This document shows positions 20,780-29,950 of a stretch of DNA of 64,000 bases, one piece after another. The position numbers and the translations under genes were made by a program. This DNA comes from Flavobacteriales bacterium (GTDB lineage Bacteria; Bacteroidota; Bacteroidia; Flavobacteriales_G; Salibacteraceae): assembly GCA_013204105.1 (NCBI GenBank), contig JABMOM010000002.1, positions 562 through 64,561 of the forward strand. Reading direction: 5' to 3'. The notes below the pieces were generated by a model. The model saw nothing but the letters and a program-made list of their open reading frames with translations. It ran no database searches and had not been told where the DNA came from. Each line of letters opens with the position of its first letter. Position 1 is the stretch's first letter.

Positions 20780-21289
20780 ATGAAGCGGATCTACCTTGTC
20801 CGTCATGGAAAAAGCGACTGGGACGACCTGAATCTCAATGACATCGAGCGTCCGCTGAAAGAGCGGGGCGTGATGAACAGCCATGAGATGGGCGAACACC
20901 TAAAAGAACTCAAATGGGTGCCCGAGCTCATCATGAGCAGTCCGGCTGTGCGTGCATACGAAACAGCCAAGATTATCGCTGAACAGCTCGATATTACCGG
21001 CGCTCGATTCAAAGTAGACTCGAAATTATACTTACCTGACTTCCCTACCGTATTGAAGATCATCCTCTACCTGAGCGACGATCTTGAAAGCATCATGATC
21101 ATCGGCCACGAGCCGTCTCTTTCTAATTTGATCAACCACTTTCTGCATACCCCAATCGAGGCGGTCGTGACAGGTTCGCTAACTGCTATGGATTTCAAGG
21201 TCAAGAAGTGGCGCGATATCAGTCCAGACAACTTAGCAAAAGCTGTTCATAAGAGTCGCCACGACATGAGCGGAAAAGAGCTGTCATAA
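20780..21289 (+). CDS. sixA: histidine phosphatase family protein (SixA-like)
   Basis: IYLVRHGKSDW (RHG motif), ERPL, and IIGHEPSL near the C-terminus. Confidence 0.72.
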   Translation: MKRIYLVRHGKSDWDDLNLNDIERPLKERGVMNSHEMGEHLKELKWVPELIMSSPAVRAYETAKIIAEQLDITGARFKVDSKLYLPDFPTVLKIILYLSDDLESIMIIGHEPSLSNLINHFLHTPIEAVVTGSLTAMDFKVKKWRDISPDNLAKAVHKSRHDMSGKELS

Positions 21290-21314
21290 GCGACGCACAC
21301 CGTAGCTTTGCAGC

Positions 21315-22358
21315 ATGCATGCACTGGCCGAAAGGATCCAAGCGTTAACACGTCTAGGTGAAGCGTTGCGAGAGATCCTCCAACACTATACCACACCCGA
21401 ACAAGAAAGGGCTCGCGCCGCGGTCGCCTTATCCTTCCACAAGAATGGTTGGTTTACTGAACCGGAAGTTAAACGGTCATTGCACTACTGGTCTGAGGCT
21501 TTGACCCAAGAAAAATTGACTGCTTGGCTTGACCTTTACGACATCAAAGGCAATTCATCACTGGACGTTGGACTCATCTTGGCCGGCAACATTCCCTTGG
21601 TTGGATTCCATGATATCGTCTGCACTTTGCTTTCAGGACACCGGGCCATCATCAAACCTTCGAGCAGTGATCACGTTTTGATTGAATGGCTGATGGAATT
21701 GATGGTGGAGACCACTCCCAACTCGAAGGACTGGTTCGAGATCAGAACAGAGCGGATGAAGTCTTTTGACGCAGTAATCGCAACGGGGAGCAATAACAGC
21801 GCTCGCTACTTCGAGCAGTATTTTGGAAATGTACCGCACATCATTCGCAAAAACAGAACGAGCGTTGCAGTATTAGATGGAAACGAGAGTGAGAAGGAGA
21901 TGCAGGGTTTGATAGAAGACATCTTGAGCTACTACGGACTCGGCTGCCGCAACGTAACCAAGGTGTTCGTGCCTTCGGACTATGCCCTCAATAAAATATT
22001 CGCGGCCTCGCTTCCGTTTGCGCATGCCATGAGCAATAATAAGTACGCAAACAATTATGCTTACCACCGCACCTTGATGATGATGGAACAAAAGGATGTT
22101 TTGGAAAATGATGTTCTCTTGATTACCCCATCTCAAAGCTTGTTTTCTCCTGTAAGTGTGCTGCATTATGAGCACTATGACAATCCCAAGGAGCTGAGCG
22201 TCAAATTAGAAGCACAGGCGGGGGATATCCAATGCATCGTTTCTAGGGACCAAACCCCCTTCGGAAAAGCACAGCGCCCGGACCTTCAAGACTATGCCGA
22301 CGGTGTGGATACCATGTCATTTTTGCGTAATTTGAGCGCCGTAGAGGCTTCCAAATAA
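21315..22358 (+). CDS. LuxC-like acyl-CoA reductase family protein
   Basis: GLILAGNIPLVGFHDIVCTLLSGHRAIIKPSS and GLGCRNVTKVFVP, typical of the Bacteroidota LuxC-like family. Confidence 0.7.
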   Translation: MHALAERIQALTRLGEALREILQHYTTPEQERARAAVALSFHKNGWFTEPEVKRSLHYWSEALTQEKLTAWLDLYDIKGNSSLDVGLILAGNIPLVGFHDIVCTLLSGHRAIIKPSSSDHVLIEWLMELMVETTPNSKDWFEIRTERMKSFDAVIATGSNNSARYFEQYFGNVPHIIRKNRTSVAVLDGNESEKEMQGLIEDILSYYGLGCRNVTKVFVPSDYALNKIFAASLPFAHAMSNNKYANNYAYHRTLMMMEQKDVLENDVLLITPSQSLFSPVSVLHYEHYDNPKELSVKLEAQAGDIQCIVSRDQTPFGKAQRPDLQDYADGVDTMSFLRNLSAVEASK

Positions 22359-22416
22359 ATATTTGTTCGTATTAATTATTAAAGTTTCTTTGCGGGTTAA
22401 TACGTGAAACCGCTAG

Positions 22417-25110
22417 ATGAATAAGGGGAATAGTACTATAAACATGGTCGGACGCTGGTTATCAATTTTCATTTTTCTCGCCCTTTCTCAAGCTTCTATT
22501 GGACAGATTTGGTCTGAGAATTTTGGTGCTGCGGCCGCATGTGGAGACTTTGACACCGCTGCCATTGCAACTACTGCAAATGGAGCGTGGTCCATCACCT
22601 TCCCTACTGCCAACAACAATATTGACACCACCAACAACTGGTACATCAGTGCGCGTGAATCCTTCATGGGACTCACCAATTGTGGCGATGGGTGTTCCAG
22701 TGGCGGTAATTTGAACCGCACACTTCACGTTTCTACGAATACTGTTCCTGGGGCGGTTTTCGATAACGACAGCCTCTCAGATATCATTGTTTGGACACCC
22801 GCGATCAACACTACTGGCGTGGAGCACATGTTGCTGGAGTTTGACTACCTAGAAGGTGGCGGAGCTGCAGACAGCGGAACGGTTGTACTTGGAGTGGGAG
22901 GCACAGGATCCCCAGTCACCATACTTGATCCTGCAAAGACTTTTACAGGTGGATGTGGCATTTCAGGTCAGTGGACACATGCTTCCATGTACTTGGATAC
23001 CATTTACAACAATCAATTTCAGGTTTACATCGGTTTCAGATGGCAGAGCAACGGAGATGGTGCTGGTACAACCCCGTCTTTTGCGGTTGACAACATTGAG
23101 ATCACCGACGAAGTGCCGGAGGCTAACTTCACCATGTCCGATGATTCGGTTTGCGTGGGTGACCCTGTTGACTTCAGCAACTTTACCACCAGTCAGAATG
23201 CGACGTATGCGTGGGCCTTTGGTGGTTCAGCTACCCCCACCACTTCTACGCAGGCAAGTCCGCAAAACGTTGTTTTCTCCACTCCTGGCACCTACGTAAT
23301 CACATTGACCGCCACGAACACCAACGGTAGCGATGTGCACCTGGACACCATTGAAGTGCTCAACTGTATTCCTCCTGGAGCTGACTTCATTGCTTCTGCC
23401 ACCAACATTTGCGAAGGTCAGTGCATCGATTTCCAAGACATCTCTACGGACGGAACGTTTGGCAAGGGAGCTTGGAACTGGCAGTTCCAAGGTGGATCTC
23501 CTTCCCTCTCGAACGTTCAGCATCCACAGCAGATCTGCTATGCCAACAGTGGTATCTATAATGTAACCCTTACGGTGACCGATACCGTCACAGGATTGGC
23601 AGACACGCTCATCAAAACGGCGTACATCAATGTAGACACCTGTTCTGTTCCTACGGCCACGGTTGCCGCAGACGACACTACGGTTTGTAACAACGACTTT
23701 ATCACGTTCTATGCCTTGACCACCGGAAACCCTGACAGTATCCAGTGGATATTTGAAGGAGGTAACCCAGCATCAATCAAGCACACGGCAGATTCGTTGG
23801 ACACAATTGATGTATTCTATCCAACTGCTGGAACCTACACAGTTACGATCATTGTTTGGAACCAAGCAGGCTCGGGAGTCGACACGCTGGTCAACTTTGT
23901 GACGATTTTGGACTGTCCTGTTCCCATTGCCGACTTTGATGCCAACGATCGTGTGATCTGTCCTGGTGCTTCAGTCGTATTTCAAGACAATTCACAGTTT
24001 GCCACGGAATGGTATTGGGAATTTCCAGGCGGACAACCCGGATCTTCCAACGATCAGTATCCCGTTGAAGTGAAATACACGACGCCTGGCATTTACCCGG
24101 TCATCTTGATCGTGAAAAACGTAAATGGCGAAGACACGTTGATCGTCGACGACTTCATTAAGGTTGACTCTTGTTTACCTCCTGACCCTCGCTTCGAAAT
24201 AGAGCGTGATTCGATTTGTAGAAGTACTTGCGTTCAGTTCTTCAACACATCGTTGCGCACGGATAGCTTCTACTTCATCTTCTGGTGGCACCCGGACCCT
24301 GACTCGATTACAGGTACTGGTGCTGACACCATTACGCCTACTACTCCGGGCTATGCTTGGATGCTAGATGACACTTTATTCAACGACACCTTCTTCGTTG
24401 TGTGGAAAGACTACTATCCGGTAATGGCCAGGGTGACGAATGAAAATGACCCGATTTATTGTTTTGATGACAGCGGTACCGTTGGACTTCAACTATTCGC
24501 GTACAACGAATACGACGTATCTGTGTTAAACATGCAAGACATAAGCGTCTTGAATATTGGAGGCTCCTATCCGGAAGTAAGCGCTGGCCCGGATAAGGAA
24601 CTGCTCATTGACAACATTGACAGTAGGTTCTTTAAGGAAGACACCGTAAGCTTAGAAGGAAAAGGAACCGCTCCTTTCTTTAAGTGGTATCCTGAAGACG
24701 GCCTTTCATGTGCAGACTGTCCAAGACCGATCATCTACCCTACTACTACGAGAAAGTACTACTTGACGAACTATGACAAATACGGGTGTCAGGCTTATGA
24801 CTCTGTGGTCGTATACGTAGATAAAGGCTACCACATGGGTATCCCGAACATCTTCAGTCCAAATGGTGACGACAACAACGACATCTTGTGGCTGCGCGGA
24901 AACAACATTTCGAACGAAGGATTTGTGATGCAAATATGGAACCGTTACGGTGAGATGATCTTTGAATCATTCAGCCAAAACAACGGCTGGGATGGCACCT
25001 ACAAAGGCGTCCCTGCTCCTGCTGGATCATACAAGTACTACGTAAGAGCTACTTTTGAGAACGGAGAGGTGGGAGAATTAAAGGGTAACGTAAGTTTGGT
25101 GAGATACTGA
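22417..25110 (+). CDS. PKD-repeat surface protein with T9SS type B (gliding-motility-associated) C-terminal domain
   Basis: Signal peptide. Repeated PKD-like modules (TPGTYVITLTATN, NSGIYNVTLTVTD, TAGTYTVTIIVWN, TPGIYPVILIVKN). C-terminus IPNIFSPNGDDNNDILWL...GWDGTYKG...YYV. Confidence 0.82.
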   Translation: MNKGNSTINMVGRWLSIFIFLALSQASIGQIWSENFGAAAACGDFDTAAIATTANGAWSITFPTANNNIDTTNNWYISARESFMGLTNCGDGCSSGGNLNRTLHVSTNTVPGAVFDNDSLSDIIVWTPAINTTGVEHMLLEFDYLEGGGAADSGTVVLGVGGTGSPVTILDPAKTFTGGCGISGQWTHASMYLDTIYNNQFQVYIGFRWQSNGDGAGTTPSFAVDNIEITDEVPEANFTMSDDSVCVGDPVDFSNFTTSQNATYAWAFGGSATPTTSTQASPQNVVFSTPGTYVITLTATNTNGSDVHLDTIEVLNCIPPGADFIASATNICEGQCIDFQDISTDGTFGKGAWNWQFQGGSPSLSNVQHPQQICYANSGIYNVTLTVTDTVTGLADTLIKTAYINVDTCSVPTATVAADDTTVCNNDFITFYALTTGNPDSIQWIFEGGNPASIKHTADSLDTIDVFYPTAGTYTVTIIVWNQAGSGVDTLVNFVTILDCPVPIADFDANDRVICPGASVVFQDNSQFATEWYWEFPGGQPGSSNDQYPVEVKYTTPGIYPVILIVKNVNGEDTLIVDDFIKVDSCLPPDPRFEIERDSICRSTCVQFFNTSLRTDSFYFIFWWHPDPDSITGTGADTITPTTPGYAWMLDDTLFNDTFFVVWKDYYPVMARVTNENDPIYCFDDSGTVGLQLFAYNEYDVSVLNMQDISVLNIGGSYPEVSAGPDKELLIDNIDSRFFKEDTVSLEGKGTAPFFKWYPEDGLSCADCPRPIIYPTTTRKYYLTNYDKYGCQAYDSVVVYVDKGYHMGIPNIFSPNGDDNNDILWLRGNNISNEGFVMQIWNRYGEMIFESFSQNNGWDGTYKGVPAPAGSYKYYVRATFENGEVGELKGNVSLVRY

Positions 25111-26159
25111 TGCAAAGAATACTATTCATACTGGCTATTTCGGTCATTGCATCCAGTGCCATGGCTCAATCGGGACTCGATCCAGAGTTTTCTACCTACT
25201 ATAAACATTCACTTAATGTCAATCCAGCCCTTGCTGGACAAGCAGACACCAAGTGGCAGGTGCAGACAACGGTGCGCGAACAATATTGGGTGGTATCTCA
25301 ACCCTATCGATCTGGACTTTTCAATTTTGACATCAACCTACCCATCAATGCATGGGCTGGAAATATTTGGGGTGCTGGCTTCTCTGTGATCTATGACGAC
25401 CAAGGCGATACGCGATTAAAGAATCAAGGTGTGACCTTTGACCTTGCTGTTGGTCAATACCTCGACCCTCGTGAACAACACAGTTTAAGCGTTGGCTTCC
25501 AGGCGGGCATGGTGCAGCGTAACATTGGCTATACCGATGTCTATTGGAACAACCAATGGGTCGGTGACGGATTTAACCTTCGACGTGACAATGGCGAAAC
25601 CCTTCCTGGAGACGTTCAACGCTATTTTGACCTTTCCACTGGTTTTCAGTACTCGTTTGACGGTGACCTCATGGACATGACTGCTGGTTATGCTGCGTTC
25701 CACGCAAATCGTCCGGACGTTTCGCTTTACATTGACACGGCTGGGTATAAACTCCCAGTGCGACACACCATTCACTGGACGATGGAGCACCGTTTGAAGA
25801 AGGACAACATGATGTCTTTGAATCCTTCCTTCATGCTCACCCGTCAAGGAAAGACGAACAACATCATTTTCGGAAACGACTTTGTATTCTACTTCAATGA
25901 GCCTACCCGCGTAACCGGCAAGCGAAAGGAATACAGCATGTCGCTAGGAGTGCATCACCGTTTAGCAAAAGATATGATTGGTTCCATCATGCTAAACCTC
26001 GCAGGCTTTACGTTTGGAGGATCGTATGATATCTCAATCAACAACCTTAACCGCATCAACGACTATATGGGCGCATGGGAGGTCTACATCGGCTACCGTG
26101 CGGGCTACCGTAAGGGAAGCAACTCTCGTTACATGCCTAACCGAAAGGGTAAGCTCTAA
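25110..26159 (+). CDS. PorP/SprF-family type IX secretion membrane protein
   Basis: Signal peptide plus YYKHSLNVNPALAGQ. The start overlaps the upstream stop as TGATG (25108-25112). Confidence 0.82.
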   Translation: MQRILFILAISVIASSAMAQSGLDPEFSTYYKHSLNVNPALAGQADTKWQVQTTVREQYWVVSQPYRSGLFNFDINLPINAWAGNIWGAGFSVIYDDQGDTRLKNQGVTFDLAVGQYLDPREQHSLSVGFQAGMVQRNIGYTDVYWNNQWVGDGFNLRRDNGETLPGDVQRYFDLSTGFQYSFDGDLMDMTAGYAAFHANRPDVSLYIDTAGYKLPVRHTIHWTMEHRLKKDNMMSLNPSFMLTRQGKTNNIIFGNDFVFYFNEPTRVTGKRKEYSMSLGVHHRLAKDMIGSIMLNLAGFTFGGSYDISINNLNRINDYMGAWEVYIGYRAGYRKGSNSRYMPNRKGKL

Positions 26160-26172
26160 GTCCTACGACCAC

Positions 26173-26904
26173 ATGCGGTCCGTCCTCCTTTGTTTTCTTC
26201 TTTTATTTCTCTTGGCCAGCAGTAACGCTTTTGCTCAAACTGTTAAGATCCAAGGACAAGTTTTCCATCCAGACGACCCCTCGTTTAATTTGTTGATCGT
26301 TAACAAGACGATGGGCAAAGGCGTATTCGGTGAGCAGGATGGCAGTTTCGAAATCACGGTAGAAAAAACAGACACAGTACTGGTCGGTGCATTAGGCTAC
26401 CAAACCCGAAAACTATGCATGGCAGATAGCGTCGATAAATCGGTGTACACCGTAAAGATCTTTCTGCAGAACATCAGCGTTAACCTTCGGGCAGTACAAG
26501 TATTCCCCAAGCGCGAGTTAGAGACCATCCAAGAAGACATCCGTAAATTGGGGTATGACGACCGTGATTACATGGTGACGGGTATCGACGCCATGAGCTC
26601 TCCTCTCACCTACCTCTATCAGCAGGTCAGTAGAAAAGAGAGGATGAAGCGGCGCGCCTACGAAATCATCAACGCCGACAAGAAGCGAGACCTACTGAAA
26701 GAACTCTTCACCAAGTACATTGATTATCAGATCATCGACCTGCAAGAGGAGGAATTTGAAGACTTCATTGACTTCATGGGAGTGAGCGATGGACAACTCA
26801 TCAGCATGACGCAGTACGAATTCATTCTCTTCACCAAGCAGCGTTTCAAGGTGTTTCGTCAGGTGCCACGTCAATACAAGCAAGACATCGATACCCACGA
26901 TTGA
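26173..26904 (+). CDS. carboxypeptidase-regulatory-like domain protein (secreted)
   Basis: The Met at 26173 gives signal peptide MRSVLLCFLLLFLLASSNAFAQ, then VKIQGQVF...DGSFEITVEKTDTVLVGALGYQ. The track ORF start at 26014 overlaps the PorP gene. Confidence 0.6.
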   Translation: MRSVLLCFLLLFLLASSNAFAQTVKIQGQVFHPDDPSFNLLIVNKTMGKGVFGEQDGSFEITVEKTDTVLVGALGYQTRKLCMADSVDKSVYTVKIFLQNISVNLRAVQVFPKRELETIQEDIRKLGYDDRDYMVTGIDAMSSPLTYLYQQVSRKERMKRRAYEIINADKKRDLLKELFTKYIDYQIIDLQEEEFEDFIDFMGVSDGQLISMTQYEFILFTKQRFKVFRQVPRQYKQDIDTHD

Positions 26905-26988
26905 GCTTTTCCACAAGCGATGGTGATTAGATTCTCCAAGCGTCCATTCAAACATCAAGAGAATACAAGACCTTAGACGGTATTAAAC

Positions 26989-27531
26989 ATGATCGTCATG
27001 AAGCATTTTCTCTTCACAGCCCTATTTCTTGCCCTTGCCGGCATCCTGCACGCCCAGCACAGCGTGGTGCTCAAAACAGGTGAAAAGGTAAAAGGCGTCG
27101 TCATAGCATTGAACGACGACGTGCTAACGATCTATGTGAACCGAGAGCCTAAGGAAATCCACCTGCGTGATGTGAGTTCGATCTTTTTCGATGAGTACGT
27201 GCCCTACGATGGCACCTTGAACGATGATACCCCCGTCAAGCGAATCAAGAGCTTAGACGGAGCTTACGTAGTTGAGTACCAAATCAAGGACAGAGACATG
27301 ACCTTAGCTCCGAGGCTTTCCAACGCCACCCAGAAGAAGGGCACCGTGGTAGTTGAGGTTTTGGTGAACCGTGCCGGAACCGTGATAAAAGCCAAATCAG
27401 GCGTAACAGGCAGCACTACAAGCGATGAATACCTGCTCACCAAGGCAGAGTACGCCTGCAAAGGAGTGCAGTTCAGTGAACACATGACGGGACCCTTGGA
27501 GACCTCCGGGTTGATTACGATACATTATTGA
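26989..27531 (+). CDS. secreted hypothetical protein with a possible TonB-C-like C-terminal region
   Basis: Signal peptide FLFTALFLALAGILHAQ. The C-terminal KKGTVVVEVLVNRAGTVIKAK...A pattern loosely resembles a TonB C-terminal domain. Confidence 0.45.
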   Translation: MIVMKHFLFTALFLALAGILHAQHSVVLKTGEKVKGVVIALNDDVLTIYVNREPKEIHLRDVSSIFFDEYVPYDGTLNDDTPVKRIKSLDGAYVVEYQIKDRDMTLAPRLSNATQKKGTVVVEVLVNRAGTVIKAKSGVTGSTTSDEYLLTKAEYACKGVQFSEHMTGPLETSGLITIHY

Positions 27532-27537
27532 AAGCGG

Positions 27538-27571
27538 CTGGCGGCTAGCTGCTGGCGGCTGGCTACTGGCT
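27538..27571. repeat. 14-nt period imperfect tandem repeat, about 2.4 units (ctggcggctagctg / ctggcggctggcta / ctggct)
   Basis: Read directly from the convergent intergenic spacer. Confidence 0.7.
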
Positions 27572-27630
27572 TGTTCTTGATCAACCTGGACTAACTCCTT
27601 TAAAGAGACCTTTTGTTCAACCTTGACATT

Positions 27631-27670
27631 GCAGTTGCTGTTGCTGTTGCAGTTGAGGTTGAAGTTGATT
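27631..27670. repeat. hexanucleotide GNNGTT repeat, about 6.5 units (gcagtt gctgtt gctgtt gcagtt gaggtt gaagtt gatt)
   Basis: Read directly from the sequence. Confidence 0.75.
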
Positions 27671-27687
27671 ACTATCCGATATCCCAT

Positions 27688-27713
27688 AAAAAAAAAGGCC
27701 GCCCACGGCAGCC
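27688..27713 (-). terminator. intrinsic terminator of the M49 peptidase gene
   Basis: Hairpin ggccgcc-cac-ggcagcc (27697-27713, one mismatch). On the minus strand it is followed by a T9 tract (A9 at 27688-27696 on the plus strand). It lies 29 nt past the stop at 27742. Confidence 0.6.
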
Positions 27714-27741
27714 CTTTCTCTCTTTAATCATCGTTTACGGC

Positions 27742-29787
27742 TCATTTCCCGAGGGTGGCGTATTTGTCGCCGTACTCAAGCATTTGGCCTAGGAAATCCT
27801 CTGGGTACTCCACTTTTACGTCGGTTACGAGGTCTCCTTCCATTACCGGAACCAATCTTGGATTGATGAAGCCTCCGTAGGGTGCGCTGTCCAACTTGGC
27901 TGCGCGCTCTAGCACCTCTTTGTGAAGGTCTTGGTCGACCTTAACGCCGTAGTTCTCAACGAGTGCGCTTCCCGCTTCGTAGTCCCCTTCGCTCTTGATG
28001 CGCTGGATTTCACGCAACAGCTCACCAAAGATGACGCGAAGCTTTTCGTAATCGTTCACTTCGAAGTAGGTCTTTCCTTCCACTACTTTCTTTTCGATGA
28101 CGTTGTCTGCCATTCCTTTCTCATAGGCCCAAGAGGCTACGAGCTGTCGATTACGCATGTGTGCTTCTTCGATGTCTGCTCCTGGCTCCAATCGACGAAG
28201 CTGCAACATCATACCGTTGCGGATGTACGAATCGTATTCAGCCCTACCTACCTCAAGAGATGGTATCAATCCCAACTCAACGAGCTTTGGATCCATCAAG
28301 AAATACAGGGCAACGAGGTCCGCACGTCCCTCTTCCAACGTAGACGCATAGTTCTTCAAGGTCTCCTTTGGAGTACCAATGCCCTTGTTCAGCTTGCCAG
28401 AAGCGTGTCCGACTACTTCGTGTAAAGCGGTATGGAGTTTCCCTCCTAAGGTCCCGTGCTCCTTAATGCGTGCTCGAAGTTCTTCTGTACGGATGAATTC
28501 TTGTGCCGATCCTGTCCCTGCAGATTTATCGTATGCATAGACGATGTTGCCCAGGCTAACTGACTTTGAACCGTGGGTAGCTCGGATCCAGTTCGCGTTG
28601 GGTAAGTTCACACCAATCGGCGTTGATGGAGATGCATCACCTGCCTCACCTGCCGTATTCACTACTTTGTAGGTAACACCTACTACGCTTTCCTTTTTGT
28701 GCTCTGCCATGATGGAAGAATTGTCTTCGAACCATTGCACATTTTCCATCAATACATTCATGCGCGCTGAAGCGTCAAAATCTTTGATCTGCACGATACT
28801 CTCGTAAGAGCCCGTATATCCCTTAGGATCGTTGTATACCTCTACAAAGCCTTGGATATAATCGATGTCACCGTCCGTCGCTCCTGCCCATGCGATGTTG
28901 TATTCATCCCAAACCTCAAGGTCGCCGGTCTTGTAGAATTCTATCAGCAACTGCAATGCGTCTGCTTGCGCTTGGTTCTCTGCTACTCCAGCAGCTTTTT
29001 CTAACCAATACACCACTCGGTCGATGGCTGCTCCGTAGAGACCTCCGCTCTTGTAGACCTCTTCACTCACGGTGCCGTCTTTGGCTTTGACGAGCTTGCT
29101 GTTCAAACCGTAGCTGATCGGCTCTTGGTCTGCGGTATCGATGACGTTGCTGTAATACGCATCCACGTCAGCTTCGGTCATGTTCGGACTGTACATGTTT
29201 ACTGCTGAACCTTTGACAAGACCTTTCTCTCTGTCGAGATTTACCTTTTTGGCATCAAACGCTGGATCAAACATGGCACGCATGGCTTCTTCGCTCAAAC
29301 TTCCTCCGGTCGCATCTAGCAAGGATTGGAAAAAGTCTTGCGAAAATTCAGGCTTGAATTTCGCCATGCTGTAGTGGTGATGGATTCCGTTGGAGAAGAA
29401 CACCCGCTTGGCGTAGACCACTAGGTTGTTCCAATCCGCTGCTTCCGTATCGCCCGAATAGTTATTCAACATGTTCTCAAGTGCATGACGGATCTCAATA
29501 TTGTGGCGGTAGTTCTGATCCCAAATCATGTCACGTCCACTCAATCCTGCCTCGTAGAGGTAATACACATATTCCTTCTGCTTCATGGATAGATTGTCCC
29601 AACCTGGGATGCGATACTTGACAATTTTGAGGTCGGCAAATTGCTCAGCCAAGTATTCAAAACCCTCATCCTCCTCTACTGCAATCGTGTCATTCGCATT
29701 CTCCACGGGCTTCTCTCCGCCGCCGCATGCTTGCATCGTCATTCCTGAGATGATCACAGAAAATAGTACTAGTTTGATCCTTTTCAT
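27742..29787 (-). CDS. peptidase family M49 (dipeptidyl-peptidase III-like) lipoprotein
   Basis: HEVVGH plus EEGRADLVALYF (HExxGH / EExRAE-type M49 zinc motifs). Signal peptide with Cys (GMTMQACGG). Confidence 0.8.
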   Translation of the reverse strand: MKRIKLVLFSVIISGMTMQACGGGEKPVENANDTIAVEEDEGFEYLAEQFADLKIVKYRIPGWDNLSMKQKEYVYYLYEAGLSGRDMIWDQNYRHNIEIRHALENMLNNYSGDTEAADWNNLVVYAKRVFFSNGIHHHYSMAKFKPEFSQDFFQSLLDATGGSLSEEAMRAMFDPAFDAKKVNLDREKGLVKGSAVNMYSPNMTEADVDAYYSNVIDTADQEPISYGLNSKLVKAKDGTVSEEVYKSGGLYGAAIDRVVYWLEKAAGVAENQAQADALQLLIEFYKTGDLEVWDEYNIAWAGATDGDIDYIQGFVEVYNDPKGYTGSYESIVQIKDFDASARMNVLMENVQWFEDNSSIMAEHKKESVVGVTYKVVNTAGEAGDASPSTPIGVNLPNANWIRATHGSKSVSLGNIVYAYDKSAGTGSAQEFIRTEELRARIKEHGTLGGKLHTALHEVVGHASGKLNKGIGTPKETLKNYASTLEEGRADLVALYFLMDPKLVELGLIPSLEVGRAEYDSYIRNGMMLQLRRLEPGADIEEAHMRNRQLVASWAYEKGMADNVIEKKVVEGKTYFEVNDYEKLRVIFGELLREIQRIKSEGDYEAGSALVENYGVKVDQDLHKEVLERAAKLDSAPYGGFINPRLVPVMEGDLVTDVKVEYPEDFLGQMLEYGDKYATLGK

Positions 29788-29950
29788 GTTGTGATTTGTG
29801 TTTTACAAGGGCTAAATGTAAAAAGAACCAATGAAGGGACTTGCCTTTCTTCCTGCGATATCGTCTAATGGAGTAAATTGCGCGATGAATAGAATTTTCG
29901 TCTATTCTCTCATTCATAAAATCCATTTTTAAATAGTTAGTATACTTGGT

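Noticed and set aside
27397-27687. 96-aa minus-strand ORF (MGYRIVINFNLNCNSNSNCNV...) that could be taken for a Cys/Asn-rich peptide precursor.
   Set aside because: It starts immediately after the T-tract of a terminator. It stays open only because of the period-6 repeat, and its last 135 nt run antisense through the 3' end of the 26989..27531 gene. There is no neighbouring maturase or transporter. It is most likely a repeat-generated artefact.
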